A stretch of DNA of 63,619 bases, counting the filler, from Candidatus Nanoarchaeia archaeon (GTDB taxonomy: Archaea; Nanobdellota; Nanobdellia; Woesearchaeales; DATDTY01), in the NCBI GenBank assembly GCA_035290625.1. It is 6 parts of 6 records of this genome, joined end to end, with 100 filler letters (N's around TTAATTAATTAA, not from the genome) between each part and the next. Parts side by side here need not be neighbours in the genome. Positions count along the whole stretch, not along the records: positions 1 to 30,576 come from DATDTY010000014.1; positions 30,677 to 42,117 come from DATDTY010000017.1; 4 more parts are not named here. One strand, given 5' to 3'. The position numbers were made by a program, and so were the translations under genes. Every line of letters begins with the position of its first letter. The stretch's first letter is position 1. The notes below the pieces were generated by a model, which was given only the letters and a program-made list of their open reading frames with translations, searched no databases and was not told where the DNA came from. Shown here piece after piece: positions 29,371 through 39,898 of this stretch.

Positions 29371-30255
29371 CTAAAGCGTCGTTATCGCCCTGCTCTGCAC
29401 GATAAACAACTTTCCTTTCTTGTCAATCACGAACTCAATATCCTGCGGATGCTTGTAATGCGCCTCAATCTTCTCTCCCATCCTTGAGACCATCTCTATC
29501 AGGCTGTGCTTGATCTTGAAATGCTCGCTCTTCTCCTCAATGATATGCGTCTTTTTATTGAGGAAATAGCTGTTCGGAGTGACCTGGCCTGAGACTAACT
29601 GCTCCCCCAGTCCTTCAACAACCTCAATTAAAATGTATTTCTTATTGACAGGATCGATTGTAAACACCACTCCTGCGTATTCAGGCTCAGCCATCTCCTG
29701 CACAACGACAGATATTAACACATCACGGTGGTGGAAATTCTTTTTTTCTCTATAATAAATCGCCCGGGAAGTAAACAACGAGGCCCAGCACTTCTGGACA
29801 GCCTCAACAACCTTCTCTGCTCCATAAATATTAAGGTAGGTGTCCTGCTGGCCTGCAAAGCTTGCTGTGGGCAAATCTTCAGCAGTCGCAGAGCTCCGCA
29901 CAGCAACCTTCTTGTTCTTGAGCTTCTTGTAATTCTTGAGAATCTCTTCCCGCAAGTCAGCCGGAAACTTCTGCTTCAGGATAAGCTTCCGTATCTCTTC
30001 AGAGGTCTGATCCAATTGCTCAGTGCCTTCAACATCAATCCTGTCAAGCAGCCCATGGATATGATCGCCTATCCCGGTCTCTTTCATGAATCTGATATAG
30101 CCATGGACAGTAATGCAGAAGCCGTTCGGAACAGGAAAATGGCTGAACATCTCTCCCAGATTTGCCCCTTTTCCTCCGACAGACGGAACATCCCCCTTCT
30201 TAACATCCTTGAGCCACAGGATGTTCTCTTCATGGAATGTTGGCGTTTGGGTCAT
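29371..30255 (-). CDS. Stand-alone PEP synthase N-terminal (ATP-binding) domain
   Basis: VGGKGANLGE, VRSSATAED...SFAGQ; ends QSRAITTL with no His or PEP domain. Confidence 0.88.
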   Translation of the reverse strand: MTQTPTFHEENILWLKDVKKGDVPSVGGKGANLGEMFSHFPVPNGFCITVHGYIRFMKETGIGDHIHGLLDRIDVEGTEQLDQTSEEIRKLILKQKFPADLREEILKNYKKLKNKKVAVRSSATAEDLPTASFAGQQDTYLNIYGAEKVVEAVQKCWASLFTSRAIYYREKKNFHHRDVLISVVVQEMAEPEYAGVVFTIDPVNKKYILIEVVEGLGEQLVSGQVTPNSYFLNKKTHIIEEKSEHFKIKHSLIEMVSRMGEKIEAHYKHPQDIEFVIDKKGKLFIVQSRAITTL

Positions 30256-30576
30256 TTTAGTAATTTCTCAGCTTCCTCAATGAATCTATTACATATATTG
30301 ATGAACATGGTTAAATCTTCATCTATGTCCACCTTCTCTGTGGAGTATTGGACATTATGCCTCAGGCTCATGATGGTTTCAAAGGAGTCTATGAATTTAT
30401 TTAAATTGTAGTGGTTTTCCAAGTATCGTGCGATACAATAATGGCTTCTTTCTTTGATTCCGTCCTTAAACAATAATGACCTTGCTGCATGGAAGAACGC
30501 ATTATATAAGGATAATGCTGCTATGTGCTTCTTTTTCAGATCTAATAATTCCTCTGCTTCTTTAAGGAAGAACTCT
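30252..30576 (-). CDS. HEPN domain protein (5' end lost at gap)
   Basis: YNAFFHAARSLL...ERSH...RHNVQY. Confidence 0.75.
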
Positions 30577-30676
30577 NNNNNNNNNNNNNNNNNNNNNNNN
30601 NNNNNNNNNNNNNNNNNNNNTTAATTAATTAANNNNNNNNNNNNNNNNNNNNNNNNNNNNNNNNNNNNNNNNNNNN
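30577..30676. other. Artificial contig linker
   Basis: 100 bp of Ns around TTAATTAATTAA. Confidence 0.99.
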
Positions 30677-30727
30677 CGGAACCCTCTTCATTCCCCAAAT
30701 CCATCTCAGAGAAAAACAACAGGCTGT

Positions 30728-30946
30728 TTAATAAGATTTCTCTATTTTCCTGTCCATCTTGGCCATCCACTGCTTTAGCTCAAACTTGTTGAAGAATTCC
30801 TGAGCCTTCACGCTAAAAACCCTTCCGCAGGATGAGCATTCCTGAAGAAGACCTAAAATGTCTGTCTCCTCACTGGCTGCAATCCCTCCGGCTACTGTTC
30901 CTCTGCAATACGGGCATGTTGTCTGTATCTCTTCAAGTGTTTCCAT
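30728..30946 (-). CDS. Small Zn-ribbon protein
   Basis: CPYC...CSSC. Confidence 0.7.
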   Translation of the reverse strand: METLEEIQTTCPYCRGTVAGGIAASEETDILGLLQECSSCGRVFSVKAQEFFNKFELKQWMAKMDRKIEKSY

Positions 30947-31021
30947 ACTATCCCTCTCGTAAGCTTATTTAACCCCGCTTATTAAGACAACTCACTTGTT
31001 TTTATAGCTTTCGCTTTTCGC

Positions 31022-31227
31022 GGCTCCATCCAAAAACCTCCTTTCAGTCGGGCTACCAATGAAAATACTCAGGTATTTTCAAGCGCTCCTTCGGAGCGCA
31101 TCGGCTCGCCTGAGCTTTCCAAAGTACAAAGCTGACATCCCCGTAGGGACATCCCCCCGTCAGCTGCACATATACCTGTAAAGAGGCTTGCAAAATTGAT
31201 GGCAGCCCTCATTTTTTGGATGAAGCC
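31022..31227. mobile_element. MITE-like hairpin element, copy 6
   Basis: Termini GGCTCCATCCAAAAA/TTTTTGGATGAAGCC; perfect 9-bp duplication GCTTTTCGC at 31013-31021 and 31228-31236. Confidence 0.9.
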
Positions 31228-32027
31228 GCTTTTCGCCACAGGATCCCAACCAAAGCCAGAAACAGTACGTAACCGACTGCCTCTGCCAAACTGGGGTTTC
31301 CATTATACCCAAATAACCCCTTCAGGAAGCTTCCTATCCCCCCTTTTTCATGGAATAAGGGATAGGTTCCATCAGCATTGAGGCTGGGATTAATGTCAAA
31401 AAGCGGAGTTATGATCCCTGAAACAATCCCTGCCTCTTCAAACTCATGAATACTCTGGCTGACCAGGCCTGCAGCAAACAAGATGAGCAATATGCTACTT
31501 ACCCCAAAGATCCTTCTAAGGTTCCCTACACCAATAAAGAAGGCGTATCCAAGGCCAATTGCTGCAATCATACCAGATATCCCCCCAATAAGGCTTATAC
31601 TGTTTGCATACCTGGCTGCATTCAGGAAGATAACTGTCTCAACCCCTTCTCGAATAATTGCAATAAAAATAAGGAGAAATATCCCAAAGTGAGAAAACAA
31701 AGGCTGCTTAAGATGGCCTGCAACCCTTCCCTCAATCTCCTTTGTATGGTTCTGTTGCCACATCCATAGAATCATTGTCGTCAATAGGAATGCACCAATA
31801 AGCATCGTGACCCCTTCAAAAATCTGTTCAGTGATCCCTTCAAATCCAGCAGCAAGGGTAAATAGGAATGCTGCCAGGATGCTTGCCGCAATTCCAAAGA
31901 AAATCCCGTAATACACACTCTTCTTGTGCTGCTGATTCCCTGTCTTGTTCAAATACGCCAGAACAATGCCAACTACAAGGCTTGCTTCCAGGGTTTCCCT
32001 TGATGTGATCAGGAATGATTCAAGCAT
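31209..32027 (-). CDS. FTR1 family iron permease
   Basis: Two RExxE motifs (RETLE, REGVE); about 7 TM helices. Confidence 0.93.
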   Translation of the reverse strand: MLESFLITSRETLEASLVVGIVLAYLNKTGNQQHKKSVYYGIFFGIAASILAAFLFTLAAGFEGITEQIFEGVTMLIGAFLLTTMILWMWQQNHTKEIEGRVAGHLKQPLFSHFGIFLLIFIAIIREGVETVIFLNAARYANSISLIGGISGMIAAIGLGYAFFIGVGNLRRIFGVSSILLILFAAGLVSQSIHEFEEAGIVSGIITPLFDINPSLNADGTYPLFHEKGGIGSFLKGLFGYNGNPSLAEAVGYVLFLALVGILWRKAASSKK

Positions 32028-32203
32028 ACTCTCTCCTAAAAGTTAACAATTGTTAACTGACGAAAGATAGGTTGTATATAATGCATTCTAATGCATTCGG
32101 TTTTGAGGCCCGATTGCAAGTTCCTATATAAAATCGTCAAGACAGATCCAAGATTGGCCGCGACGCATTGATTAACGTCGATAAGACAATTTGCCCAGTT
32201 TTG

Positions 32204-32263
32204 CCTTTTTATTGAAAATTCGGGGGTTAATACCCCGGGCTTTAGGTCGGGGATCAGTGCGGT
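32204..32263 (-). repeat. Dispersed palindromic repeat, IS200/IS605-end-like, copy 2
   Basis: CCCCGGGCTTTAGGTCGGGG hairpin; homologous to 830-891. Confidence 0.65.
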
Positions 32264-32348
32264 TTTTGTTATCAACTTTTATGAGTTAACTTGCAGTCGA
32301 GTCGAGATGACCGCCACCTTTAAATACGCTCTATTCATGGAATCGACT

Positions 32349-33392
32349 ATGCAGGATCAGGCATTGATAACGTACCTCAGGCAAAACCTTGCTCGGGGCT
32401 ATACTCCAGAGATGCTTAGAAATCATCTCATCAGCCATGGCTATCCTGCAAGGGTTGTAGACCAGGCGCTTCATCAAGCCTCTCCTATCATCGTCCATCA
32501 TACCCATCATGTGCCGGCATCTGTGATCCTATCAATTGCAGTAGCCCTGATGCTCATTGGGCTGGGCGGCGCGGGCCTTTATCTCTTCCAGGCTCCAAAG
32601 CCGTCTTTTCTTCTGGATCTGGAGACCGAACCTCTGGCATCAGATGCGCAGCCGGGCTCTTCCTTTTTCTTCACGACCGATCTTGTGAGCATCGGATCAG
32701 CACGCCGCTTTGATGTCAAGGTTCTTCACGAGATTCTTGATATGAGGGGCCAGGCTATCTCTTCGAAAGAGGAGGAATTCGGCGTTGAAACGCGCGCATC
32801 GAAGAAATCCTCGTTTCTCATACCTGAAGCCATGCAGCCAGGATCATACCTCTTGAGGACAATAGCTACCTATCCCGGCGGGAATGCAACTGCATCATTC
32901 CGATTTGATGTAAAAAGAATTTCCGAGCCAGCTCCGCAGCCTGAACCGCAAACTCAGCCATCACAGCGCGTAGAACAGGAGGTGTCGCCTGAGACATTGC
33001 CAACAGAAGATCCCTTTGCAGGCCTCAGCATCTCTGAAAAACTTGATAGAATTGCAGAGAGCGCAGCAACGGACCCGGATCAGGCTGGGAAATACTGCGA
33101 AGAAATTGCCCAGGATTTTTATAAGAACCAGTGCTACCTGAATATCGCAAAGGCCATGCGCTATGAAAGGCCGTGCACACGTATCAGCGACAGCAGGCCA
33201 AAAGACCAATGCTTTACCGAGGTTGCAAAGCTTACAGGGCAGAGCAGTCTCTGTGATTCAGTTACCTTTGGGGATGCCAGAGATGCATGTCTCATGGCAT
33301 TTGTGCTGAGGGGAGATTACTCTGTCTGCGCCAATTTACAGAATAGGTATTATATAGAGACCTGTGATGCGTTGGCTGCGAGAGAGGAATAG
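32349..33392 (+). CDS. Membrane-anchored protein with an Ig-like domain and Cys-repeat C-terminus
   Basis: One TM helix; repeated C-x2-I-x6-7-C motifs. Start is uncertain (32337 or 32349). Confidence 0.75.
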   Translation: MQDQALITYLRQNLARGYTPEMLRNHLISHGYPARVVDQALHQASPIIVHHTHHVPASVILSIAVALMLIGLGGAGLYLFQAPKPSFLLDLETEPLASDAQPGSSFFFTTDLVSIGSARRFDVKVLHEILDMRGQAISSKEEEFGVETRASKKSSFLIPEAMQPGSYLLRTIATYPGGNATASFRFDVKRISEPAPQPEPQTQPSQRVEQEVSPETLPTEDPFAGLSISEKLDRIAESAATDPDQAGKYCEEIAQDFYKNQCYLNIAKAMRYERPCTRISDSRPKDQCFTEVAKLTGQSSLCDSVTFGDARDACLMAFVLRGDYSVCANLQNRYYIETCDALAAREE

Positions 33393-33479
33393 GATTTTTG
33401 ATCACAGCAATCTTTTTAAACATCCAAAGTATCCCCCTTCAGAGAAGAATATCTTTAGACAAACTGGGGGGTAAGATAC

Positions 33480-34409
33480 ATGACAGGACCAATTCAGGTT
33501 ATGGTAAATGGCTTGAAAGGAAAGATGGCAACATCGATTGCCCAGGCAATCTATACCGATCCAAAAGGAAAAGCTTTTTGTAACTCATTGCATCAAGAAC
33601 CCGATTATGAATTCGACCTTTTGAGTCTCTCGCTAACAGGTCCAGAAACCAAAGCGAATGAAATAGATGGCACATTACCTAATTCGATAGTAAGCTTGAG
33701 ATTCTTAACTCTGAGATTTGAGCAGCAGCGTATTATGTTAATAAAGCCAGATGAAAGAGGCCAATTACCAGGCCTCCTTACTGAATCTGGACTTATCCCT
33801 TCGTCAATAATAGCTGTTGACTACACCCGTCCTGATGCGGTGAACAGCAATGCAGAGCTCTATTGTAGCTTGGGCATGCCTTTTGTCATGGGAACAACAG
33901 GAGGAGACCGACCAAAATTAGAGGAAACTGTGAAGAATTCAAAAATCCCTGCAGTCATAGCCCCAAACATGACAAAGCAGATTGTTGTATTCCAGGCAAT
34001 GATGCAGTATGCTGCAGAGACATTCCCCGGTGCGTTCAGGGGATATAGGCTCAAAATTAGGGAAAGCCACCAGACTGGAAAAGCAGACACAAGCGGAACA
34101 GCAAAAGCAATGGTTCAATACTTTAATCAATTGGGAATCCCCTTCACAACCGATCAGATTGAAATGGTAAGAAACCCTTGCGAACAAATGATGCTTGGGG
34201 TCCCAAAGGAAGCGTTAAGTGGGCATGGTTGGCATACCTACACCCTGCTCTCAGAAGATGGGAATGTCTTGTTTCAGTTCACGCATAATGTCAATGGAAG
34301 AGAGCCTTATGTATCAGGAACCCTTGACGCAATACGATTCCTGCATACAAAAGTGGAAGCAGGAGAAAAAGGCCTCTACACCATGATTAACGTGGCAAAG
34401 GGAAAATAA
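33480..34409 (+). CDS. dapB: 4-hydroxy-tetrahydrodipicolinate reductase
   Basis: VNGLKGKM, VMGTTG, IAPNM and ESHQTGKADTSGTA motifs. Confidence 0.9.
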   Translation: MTGPIQVMVNGLKGKMATSIAQAIYTDPKGKAFCNSLHQEPDYEFDLLSLSLTGPETKANEIDGTLPNSIVSLRFLTLRFEQQRIMLIKPDERGQLPGLLTESGLIPSSIIAVDYTRPDAVNSNAELYCSLGMPFVMGTTGGDRPKLEETVKNSKIPAVIAPNMTKQIVVFQAMMQYAAETFPGAFRGYRLKIRESHQTGKADTSGTAKAMVQYFNQLGIPFTTDQIEMVRNPCEQMMLGVPKEALSGHGWHTYTLLSEDGNVLFQFTHNVNGREPYVSGTLDAIRFLHTKVEAGEKGLYTMINVAKGK

Positions 34410-34541
34410 TCCTTCTTTAACCCTTTTTTTGTTTTAGCGTATCTTCGCCCCATACTTGATGTTACTGGAGCATCATGGAACTTGGAAAGTTTACTTGCCA
34501 CTTTACAAAAGCTTAAAAAAAGAGGCTATTTTCCATCCTCG

Positions 34542-35522
34542 ATGAAAAGGAAAAACGAGCCTATCCCAGCAAGTGAACTTCAAGGCGTGTATACCGCAAT
34601 CATCACCCCATTCAAGCGCAATGGAGACGCGGTCAAGCCTGAAATCGATCATGATAACCTGGCCATGCTCATTGAGGATCAGATTGCAGCTGGCATAGAC
34701 GGGATCGTTGCTGCAGGAACTACAGGCCAGAGCGCAACACTTACTCACGAAGAGCATGTGGAGCTTGTCCATTTTACCTTTGACAGGATCGATGGAAGGA
34801 CGAGGCTTATCGCAAGCGCAGGATCAAACTCAACCTATGAAGCGATCGACTTGTCAAACAGGATTGCTGAGGCCATTGGGCCAACCACCTTTCTCCATGT
34901 GACTGGCTATTACAATAATCCACCTCAAGAAGGCTTGCTTGCGCATTACACTGCTGTAGCCTCCAATTTAGCTGGAGGGAGCAATATCATCCTCTATAAC
35001 GTCCCTTCCAGGACAAACTCCAACATCGACAAGAAGACGGTTCTTACACTCTCCAGCAATCCTAAGATTATCGGGATCAAGCAGGCGATTGATGATATGA
35101 GGCTAATCGAGGATATACGCCTAGCCACAGACCCCTCCTCTTTTAGGATATTGTCTGGGGAGGACGGCATTGTGGCTTCAATGATATACAGAGGCGCCTA
35201 CGGCGTAATCTCTGCAAGCGCAAATGTTGCGCCAAAGCACTTTCTGAGTATTGTAGAGGCAGGGCTCGCAAAAGACCGGGAGAAAGCTTCCTTGCTCCAA
35301 GCGCAGATCAGGCCGCTGGTCAATGCAGTCTTCTCAGCAAAAAACCCAATACCGCTTGCGTATCTCTTCAATACTGCTGTGCGGTTGCCGCTTGTTGATC
35401 TCGAAATGATTGACCTTGCCAGAAAAGGGCAGCCAAGCATCCGGCATGAAATAGACGACATCATGTCTCGCTACACCCCAGAGCAGCTCGGCATCGACCT
35501 GAAAAAGTATAAGAACTCATAG
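34542..35522 (+). CDS. dapA: 4-hydroxy-tetrahydrodipicolinate synthase
   Basis: GTTGQ, YYN, LYNVPSRT, GIK and SGED motifs. Confidence 0.92.
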   Translation: MKRKNEPIPASELQGVYTAIITPFKRNGDAVKPEIDHDNLAMLIEDQIAAGIDGIVAAGTTGQSATLTHEEHVELVHFTFDRIDGRTRLIASAGSNSTYEAIDLSNRIAEAIGPTTFLHVTGYYNNPPQEGLLAHYTAVASNLAGGSNIILYNVPSRTNSNIDKKTVLTLSSNPKIIGIKQAIDDMRLIEDIRLATDPSSFRILSGEDGIVASMIYRGAYGVISASANVAPKHFLSIVEAGLAKDREKASLLQAQIRPLVNAVFSAKNPIPLAYLFNTAVRLPLVDLEMIDLARKGQPSIRHEIDDIMSRYTPEQLGIDLKKYKNS

Positions 35523-35569
35523 ACGTATCTATAAAGGGTTATTCTAAGGGTTTATCTTTCTCCTTCGCA

Positions 35570-37678
35570 TCATCTAATCCTTGCTCCGTCAGGACTGTCA
35601 ACAAAGACTTCTCCCGAGGAGGTTCTCAGCGCCTTGTCATGGAACAAAGCTTTCTTTCCCTTGACGCTCAGCCTCAGCCTCTTGAAGTCTTCGAATACTA
35701 TCTCTTTCCTCTCGATAGCAGCTCCGACAACATACACCTGCTCGCCTTCCTTTCCTTGCGGCTCCAAAAGCCGAACCCGCTTGCCATCATCTGCTGCTAA
35801 CAGCATTCCCTGGCTTTCAACTCCTCTGATCTTGGCATGCTGCAGATTCGTTACAACAACAATCCTCTTTCCCGGAAGCTTTTCTTTGGCATACTGGCCT
35901 TTCAATCCTGCGACCAGCTGCCGTTTTTCTAATCCGAGGTCAACCTGAACAACATACAGTTTGTCTGCATCGGGGTGGTCCTCAACTGAGAGAATTTTGC
36001 CGACCTTTAGGTCAAGCGGAAATTTTGAGCCTTCCGCCGAGAGCCTTTCTTTTCTCTCCTCAATCTTCTTGACAAGAATGGATGGCTTTGCAATTGCATG
36101 CTGCCTCATGCTGAAATTGATATCTCCCCATCCTAACCCTTTGAGATTCATCTGTCTTTGGAGCTCAGCGGAAAACCCAGGCAGCACCGGGCTTACCAGG
36201 ATGCCCAGATCCTTTACAATATTCAGGCACAGGCCAACAGCAGCTTCTGCCCCCTTCCTGTCCTCTTTCAGCAGTTTCCACGGCTCGTGCTCCTGGAAAT
36301 ACTTGTTGCCCAAGGAAGACACAGCCATAATCTCCTTGATCGCCTCATTGGTGTTTGCATCCTGATACTGCTGCTTGATCTTTTTTGTTGATTCCTCAAT
36401 ACTCTTGATTATCTCCTCATCCTTTGCGGCTTCAGAGATATTCCCTCCAAAATGAGTGTCAATAAAGGAAAGAACCCGGTAGCAGAAATTTCCAAGGTTT
36501 GCAACGAGCTCGTTGTTCACAACCTCTGCGAACTCATCAAAATCCATATTCACGTCTGCCAACTTCTTGCTTAGCATCCTGGCGTAGTAGAATCTCAGGG
36601 ATTCTGCATCGTATTGCTCGAGAAATTCACGGGCAGTATAGAATGTTCCCCTACTCTTGCTCATCTTCTCGCCATTCACTGTCAGGAAACCATGCACTAC
36701 AATGCTTTCCGGCAGGCTGAATCCTGCTCCCATGAGCATTGCAGGCCAGAACAGGAAATGGAAATACATGATATCCTTACCGATAAAGTGCACAATCCTT
36801 GCCTTGTTCCACTGCTCCTCAGCTTTCTGGGCATCTCCAATCCATGCACTGAAGCTTGCGATGTAGCCAATGGGAGCGTCAAGCCAGACGTAATAGAACT
36901 TATTCTCCTCTCCTGGAATCCTGAATCCGAAATACGGGCCATCCCTGGAGATATCCCAGTCCTTGAGACCCTCTTTGATCCAGTTGAGGATATAGTTCAC
37001 GGTTTCCGGCTGCAGGCTCTTGTTGCTTCGCAGCCAGTCTCTCAGCTTCTCTGAGAAAATACTGAGCCTGAAAAAGTAATGGGAGCTGCTCCTGAGCACT
37101 GGCGGGTTTCTGCAGATACTGCACTTTGCGTCGATCAATTCGGTGCTTTTGTACGATGAATTGCATTTTTCGCAGACGTCGCCATACTGATCCTGAGCTC
37201 CGCACTTAGGACACGTTCCCCTGATATACCTATCAGGAAGGAATCGCTTGCAGTGCTGGCAGTAGGTGTTTTCAACATCTTTGATGTAGATATACCCTTT
37301 GTCCTTGAGCCGGCTGAATATCAGATCGCTGAAGTACTGGTTCTGCTCTGAATGTGTTGTTATGTAGGAATCAAAGCCTATCCCAAAATCAGCAAAATCC
37401 TTTCTGTGCTCCTTCAGGACCTCAGCAATCAGCTTCTTAGGGGAGGTCTTTAGCTCCTCTGCCTTCAGCTCAATCGCAGTCCCATGGCTGTCATCAGCGC
37501 AGCAATAGACTACATCCTCTCCCAACAGCTTTAATGCCCTTACATAGATGTCTGTCTGGATATACTCAAGCATGTGGCCGATGTGGATAGGGCCGTTTGC
37601 ATAGGGCAATGCTGAGGTGACGATGATCTGCTTGGGTGTCTTCTTTTCCTGCCCCTTTTTTGGTTTTATCTTACTCAT
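35570..37678 (-). CDS. metG: Methionine--tRNA ligase
   Basis: ALPYANG...HIGH, Zn knuckles, KMSKS and a C-terminal tRNA-binding domain. Confidence 0.97.
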   Translation of the reverse strand: MSKIKPKKGQEKKTPKQIIVTSALPYANGPIHIGHMLEYIQTDIYVRALKLLGEDVVYCCADDSHGTAIELKAEELKTSPKKLIAEVLKEHRKDFADFGIGFDSYITTHSEQNQYFSDLIFSRLKDKGYIYIKDVENTYCQHCKRFLPDRYIRGTCPKCGAQDQYGDVCEKCNSSYKSTELIDAKCSICRNPPVLRSSSHYFFRLSIFSEKLRDWLRSNKSLQPETVNYILNWIKEGLKDWDISRDGPYFGFRIPGEENKFYYVWLDAPIGYIASFSAWIGDAQKAEEQWNKARIVHFIGKDIMYFHFLFWPAMLMGAGFSLPESIVVHGFLTVNGEKMSKSRGTFYTAREFLEQYDAESLRFYYARMLSKKLADVNMDFDEFAEVVNNELVANLGNFCYRVLSFIDTHFGGNISEAAKDEEIIKSIEESTKKIKQQYQDANTNEAIKEIMAVSSLGNKYFQEHEPWKLLKEDRKGAEAAVGLCLNIVKDLGILVSPVLPGFSAELQRQMNLKGLGWGDINFSMRQHAIAKPSILVKKIEERKERLSAEGSKFPLDLKVGKILSVEDHPDADKLYVVQVDLGLEKRQLVAGLKGQYAKEKLPGKRIVVVTNLQHAKIRGVESQGMLLAADDGKRVRLLEPQGKEGEQVYVVGAAIERKEIVFEDFKRLRLSVKGKKALFHDKALRTSSGEVFVDSPDGARIR

Positions 37679-37739
37679 TCTATTTACTAAAATAAGAGGT
37701 AGTTTAAATATTATTTGGAGATAACCCTAATTCCGGGAT

Positions 37740-39608
37740 TTAGGAGCAAGCCCCTGCCAAGCAACCGCCAAAACAGTCAGAAAACGATGTTCCCCTCTTC
37801 ACGCCGCAATGCTGGCCATCGCAGCTGAGTGCATATCCCCAAGGCGTATTTCCATAACGATTCGGTATTGGCTGGTTGTTTCCATACCAGTACGCGCATG
37901 ACGGATCTGTTGTATTCCACGCTATCCCTGCATATTGTGTCTGAATACTAGGGCTGCATCTTCCATCATTACAGCCAGCAGTAAAGATAGCGCAATCAAC
38001 CTTAAGTCCGGTATGGGCTGAGGCATCTGCATTGCAGTAAAATTCCCATTGATATCTGGTGTCCACACAGTGATCTGTGAAATTTCCTTCCCATCCTGTC
38101 GTGTAGGTGGTTGTTTTGGTCATGTAACTGACTCCATCACTGTCTCTGCATTTGGCTGTAGCGTTCGCTGCAGGACAGCTTCCAAACCATGCGTTGATAT
38201 ACGTTGCTGTGCTGTCGCACCAGCATGCAGACTCACCAGTCTTCACTCTTCCTCCATGAGCGTAACAATTGCTGCAGAAATCCATATTGGTTGATGTGCC
38301 GCAATACAGGCCTGAGGTGTTTGATGTTTGATTCGTTGTTTGGTTGCTCACACTTTGGATGCAAGCCCCATTCCGGCATCCATTTGGACATTGTATTGTA
38401 AGATAATCATAGGGGGCAGCATAACAGTTGGGGTAGTCTGCGCTCGTGCAGTTGCTAACAATGCTGCATTGCGGATTATTTGGGTATGGATTTAAAGGAG
38501 TTTGAGTTCTATAGCAATCCAAGCAGACAGGCACATGCGCAGTCTGATTCTGATTTGGGCAGGTTAAAGAGACTGCAGTTCCATTTGCCAGGTAGATTGT
38601 TTGGCTTACGCAGCTAGAGCAGGTATTATTCATACATCCCTGATTTTTGCAACTTACAGGGACTATCGTTCCATACCCCAATGAAGCACATCCAGAATCG
38701 CCTACGGGGCAGTTGTCCACATATCCCCAATACACATAATTGGGCACAGGATTAGGAACTGAGGCTCCTGGAGGGTAACTGTAGATGCATCTCTTCTCAT
38801 ACAGATCAACAACAGCATTAGGATCTGCCGTGATAACAAGGTATGTTCGGCTGCTTATATCTAAAATATAGCCCCTATAGTACCTGCCATTTGCATCAAC
38901 AAGCGCAACACTCCCTTTGAGAGTCTGTGAATTCACGCCCACTGAATAACCGGGAATTCCATCTAACTCGCTGAATCCGAGGTTTTCCAAGCCTGCCGCC
39001 ACATTCAAATACTCAAGGCGATACCCAATTCCTCCAATAAAAAATGACTCACCGACATATATCGGAACACCAAGCCCTTTAACGCCGCTCGCATTTGCTG
39101 TAGCATTTTGGGTTACATTTGTACTTGGGGTGACATTCGTTCCTGATGTTGCGTTGGTGCCTGTCTCCGCGATGCAGTTTCCAGACGAACATACTAAACC
39201 ACCGGAACAGCCGCACACATCGCACCTGCTAATGAGGCTCCCTTGCTCGCAGTACAATGGTTTTGTGTCAGAGCACCTGCTATAAACGGTTGAGTCTGAG
39301 CATCTCTGCAGCACAAGGCTTGCGTTTTCTATTTTTGTGCTGATCGAATTAATAGAATAGCCGGAGAAATCCCCTTCGACAGAACAGTTGACATTTTCCT
39401 TTTCCTTATCAATACTCAAGTAAAAAACCAGAAGATCCTTAATCTCGCTTATGCTCAGCTTGGCGCTTCCAGGAGACTTAAAATACTCAAACAAAGCCTT
39501 CTTCAGGCTGCTTCTGAGATCCTTAACCCCGCAGACCTGGGCGTCTGCTGCAACAGCCAAGGCAAGAACCACCAGAAAAAAAACTGCAATTGTCTTAATT
39601 CGAACCAC
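37740..39608 (-). CDS. Large secreted Cys-rich surface protein
   Basis: Signal peptide; many Cys; N-x-T/S-rich linkers; C-terminal domain shared with 40728-42116. Confidence 0.8.
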   Translation of the reverse strand: MVRIKTIAVFFLVVLALAVAADAQVCGVKDLRSSLKKALFEYFKSPGSAKLSISEIKDLLVFYLSIDKEKENVNCSVEGDFSGYSINSISTKIENASLVLQRCSDSTVYSRCSDTKPLYCEQGSLISRCDVCGCSGGLVCSSGNCIAETGTNATSGTNVTPSTNVTQNATANASGVKGLGVPIYVGESFFIGGIGYRLEYLNVAAGLENLGFSELDGIPGYSVGVNSQTLKGSVALVDANGRYYRGYILDISSRTYLVITADPNAVVDLYEKRCIYSYPPGASVPNPVPNYVYWGYVDNCPVGDSGCASLGYGTIVPVSCKNQGCMNNTCSSCVSQTIYLANGTAVSLTCPNQNQTAHVPVCLDCYRTQTPLNPYPNNPQCSIVSNCTSADYPNCYAAPYDYLTIQCPNGCRNGACIQSVSNQTTNQTSNTSGLYCGTSTNMDFCSNCYAHGGRVKTGESACWCDSTATYINAWFGSCPAANATAKCRDSDGVSYMTKTTTYTTGWEGNFTDHCVDTRYQWEFYCNADASAHTGLKVDCAIFTAGCNDGRCSPSIQTQYAGIAWNTTDPSCAYWYGNNQPIPNRYGNTPWGYALSCDGQHCGVKRGTSFSDCFGGCLAGACS

Positions 39609-39852
39609 CTCTACAGCAGTATCCGAGCACCTGGCAGCAGGCCTCCTTTGTGACAATCCCGACCTCTCCCAGCCGGGTGCCGCAACTTCCTGCACTGCTT
39701 GCAGTCTGGCATGCCACAATCTGCAACTCTGATAATTCTGAATCCATTATTTGCGAAGCCTCTCCTGAGAAATCCTCAGAAACTTGTCTGCATCCTATAA
39801 TTGCCACTGCGAAAAGAAGCATCATGCACGTCCATAATCCGTGTATCGTCAT
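39595..39852 (-). CDS. Small lipoprotein with a 6-Cys module
   Basis: Lipobox-like IIGC; CQ...C...CC...CC. Confidence 0.7.
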   Translation of the reverse strand: MTIHGLWTCMMLLFAVAIIGCRQVSEDFSGEASQIMDSELSELQIVACQTASSAGSCGTRLGEVGIVTKEACCQVLGYCCRGGSN

Positions 39853-39898
39853 TAGCCTTGCCTCTACCCATCTTTCTTTCTTGTCTTTATAAATCTTT

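Noticed and set aside
29728..30411. Long antisense ORFs (e.g. 227 aa here, 183 aa at 14030-14581)
   Set aside because: They are shadows of well-supported genes on the opposite strand.
30577..30676. TTAATTAATTAA palindrome within N runs (five occurrences)
   Set aside because: Artificial scaffold linker with stops in all frames.
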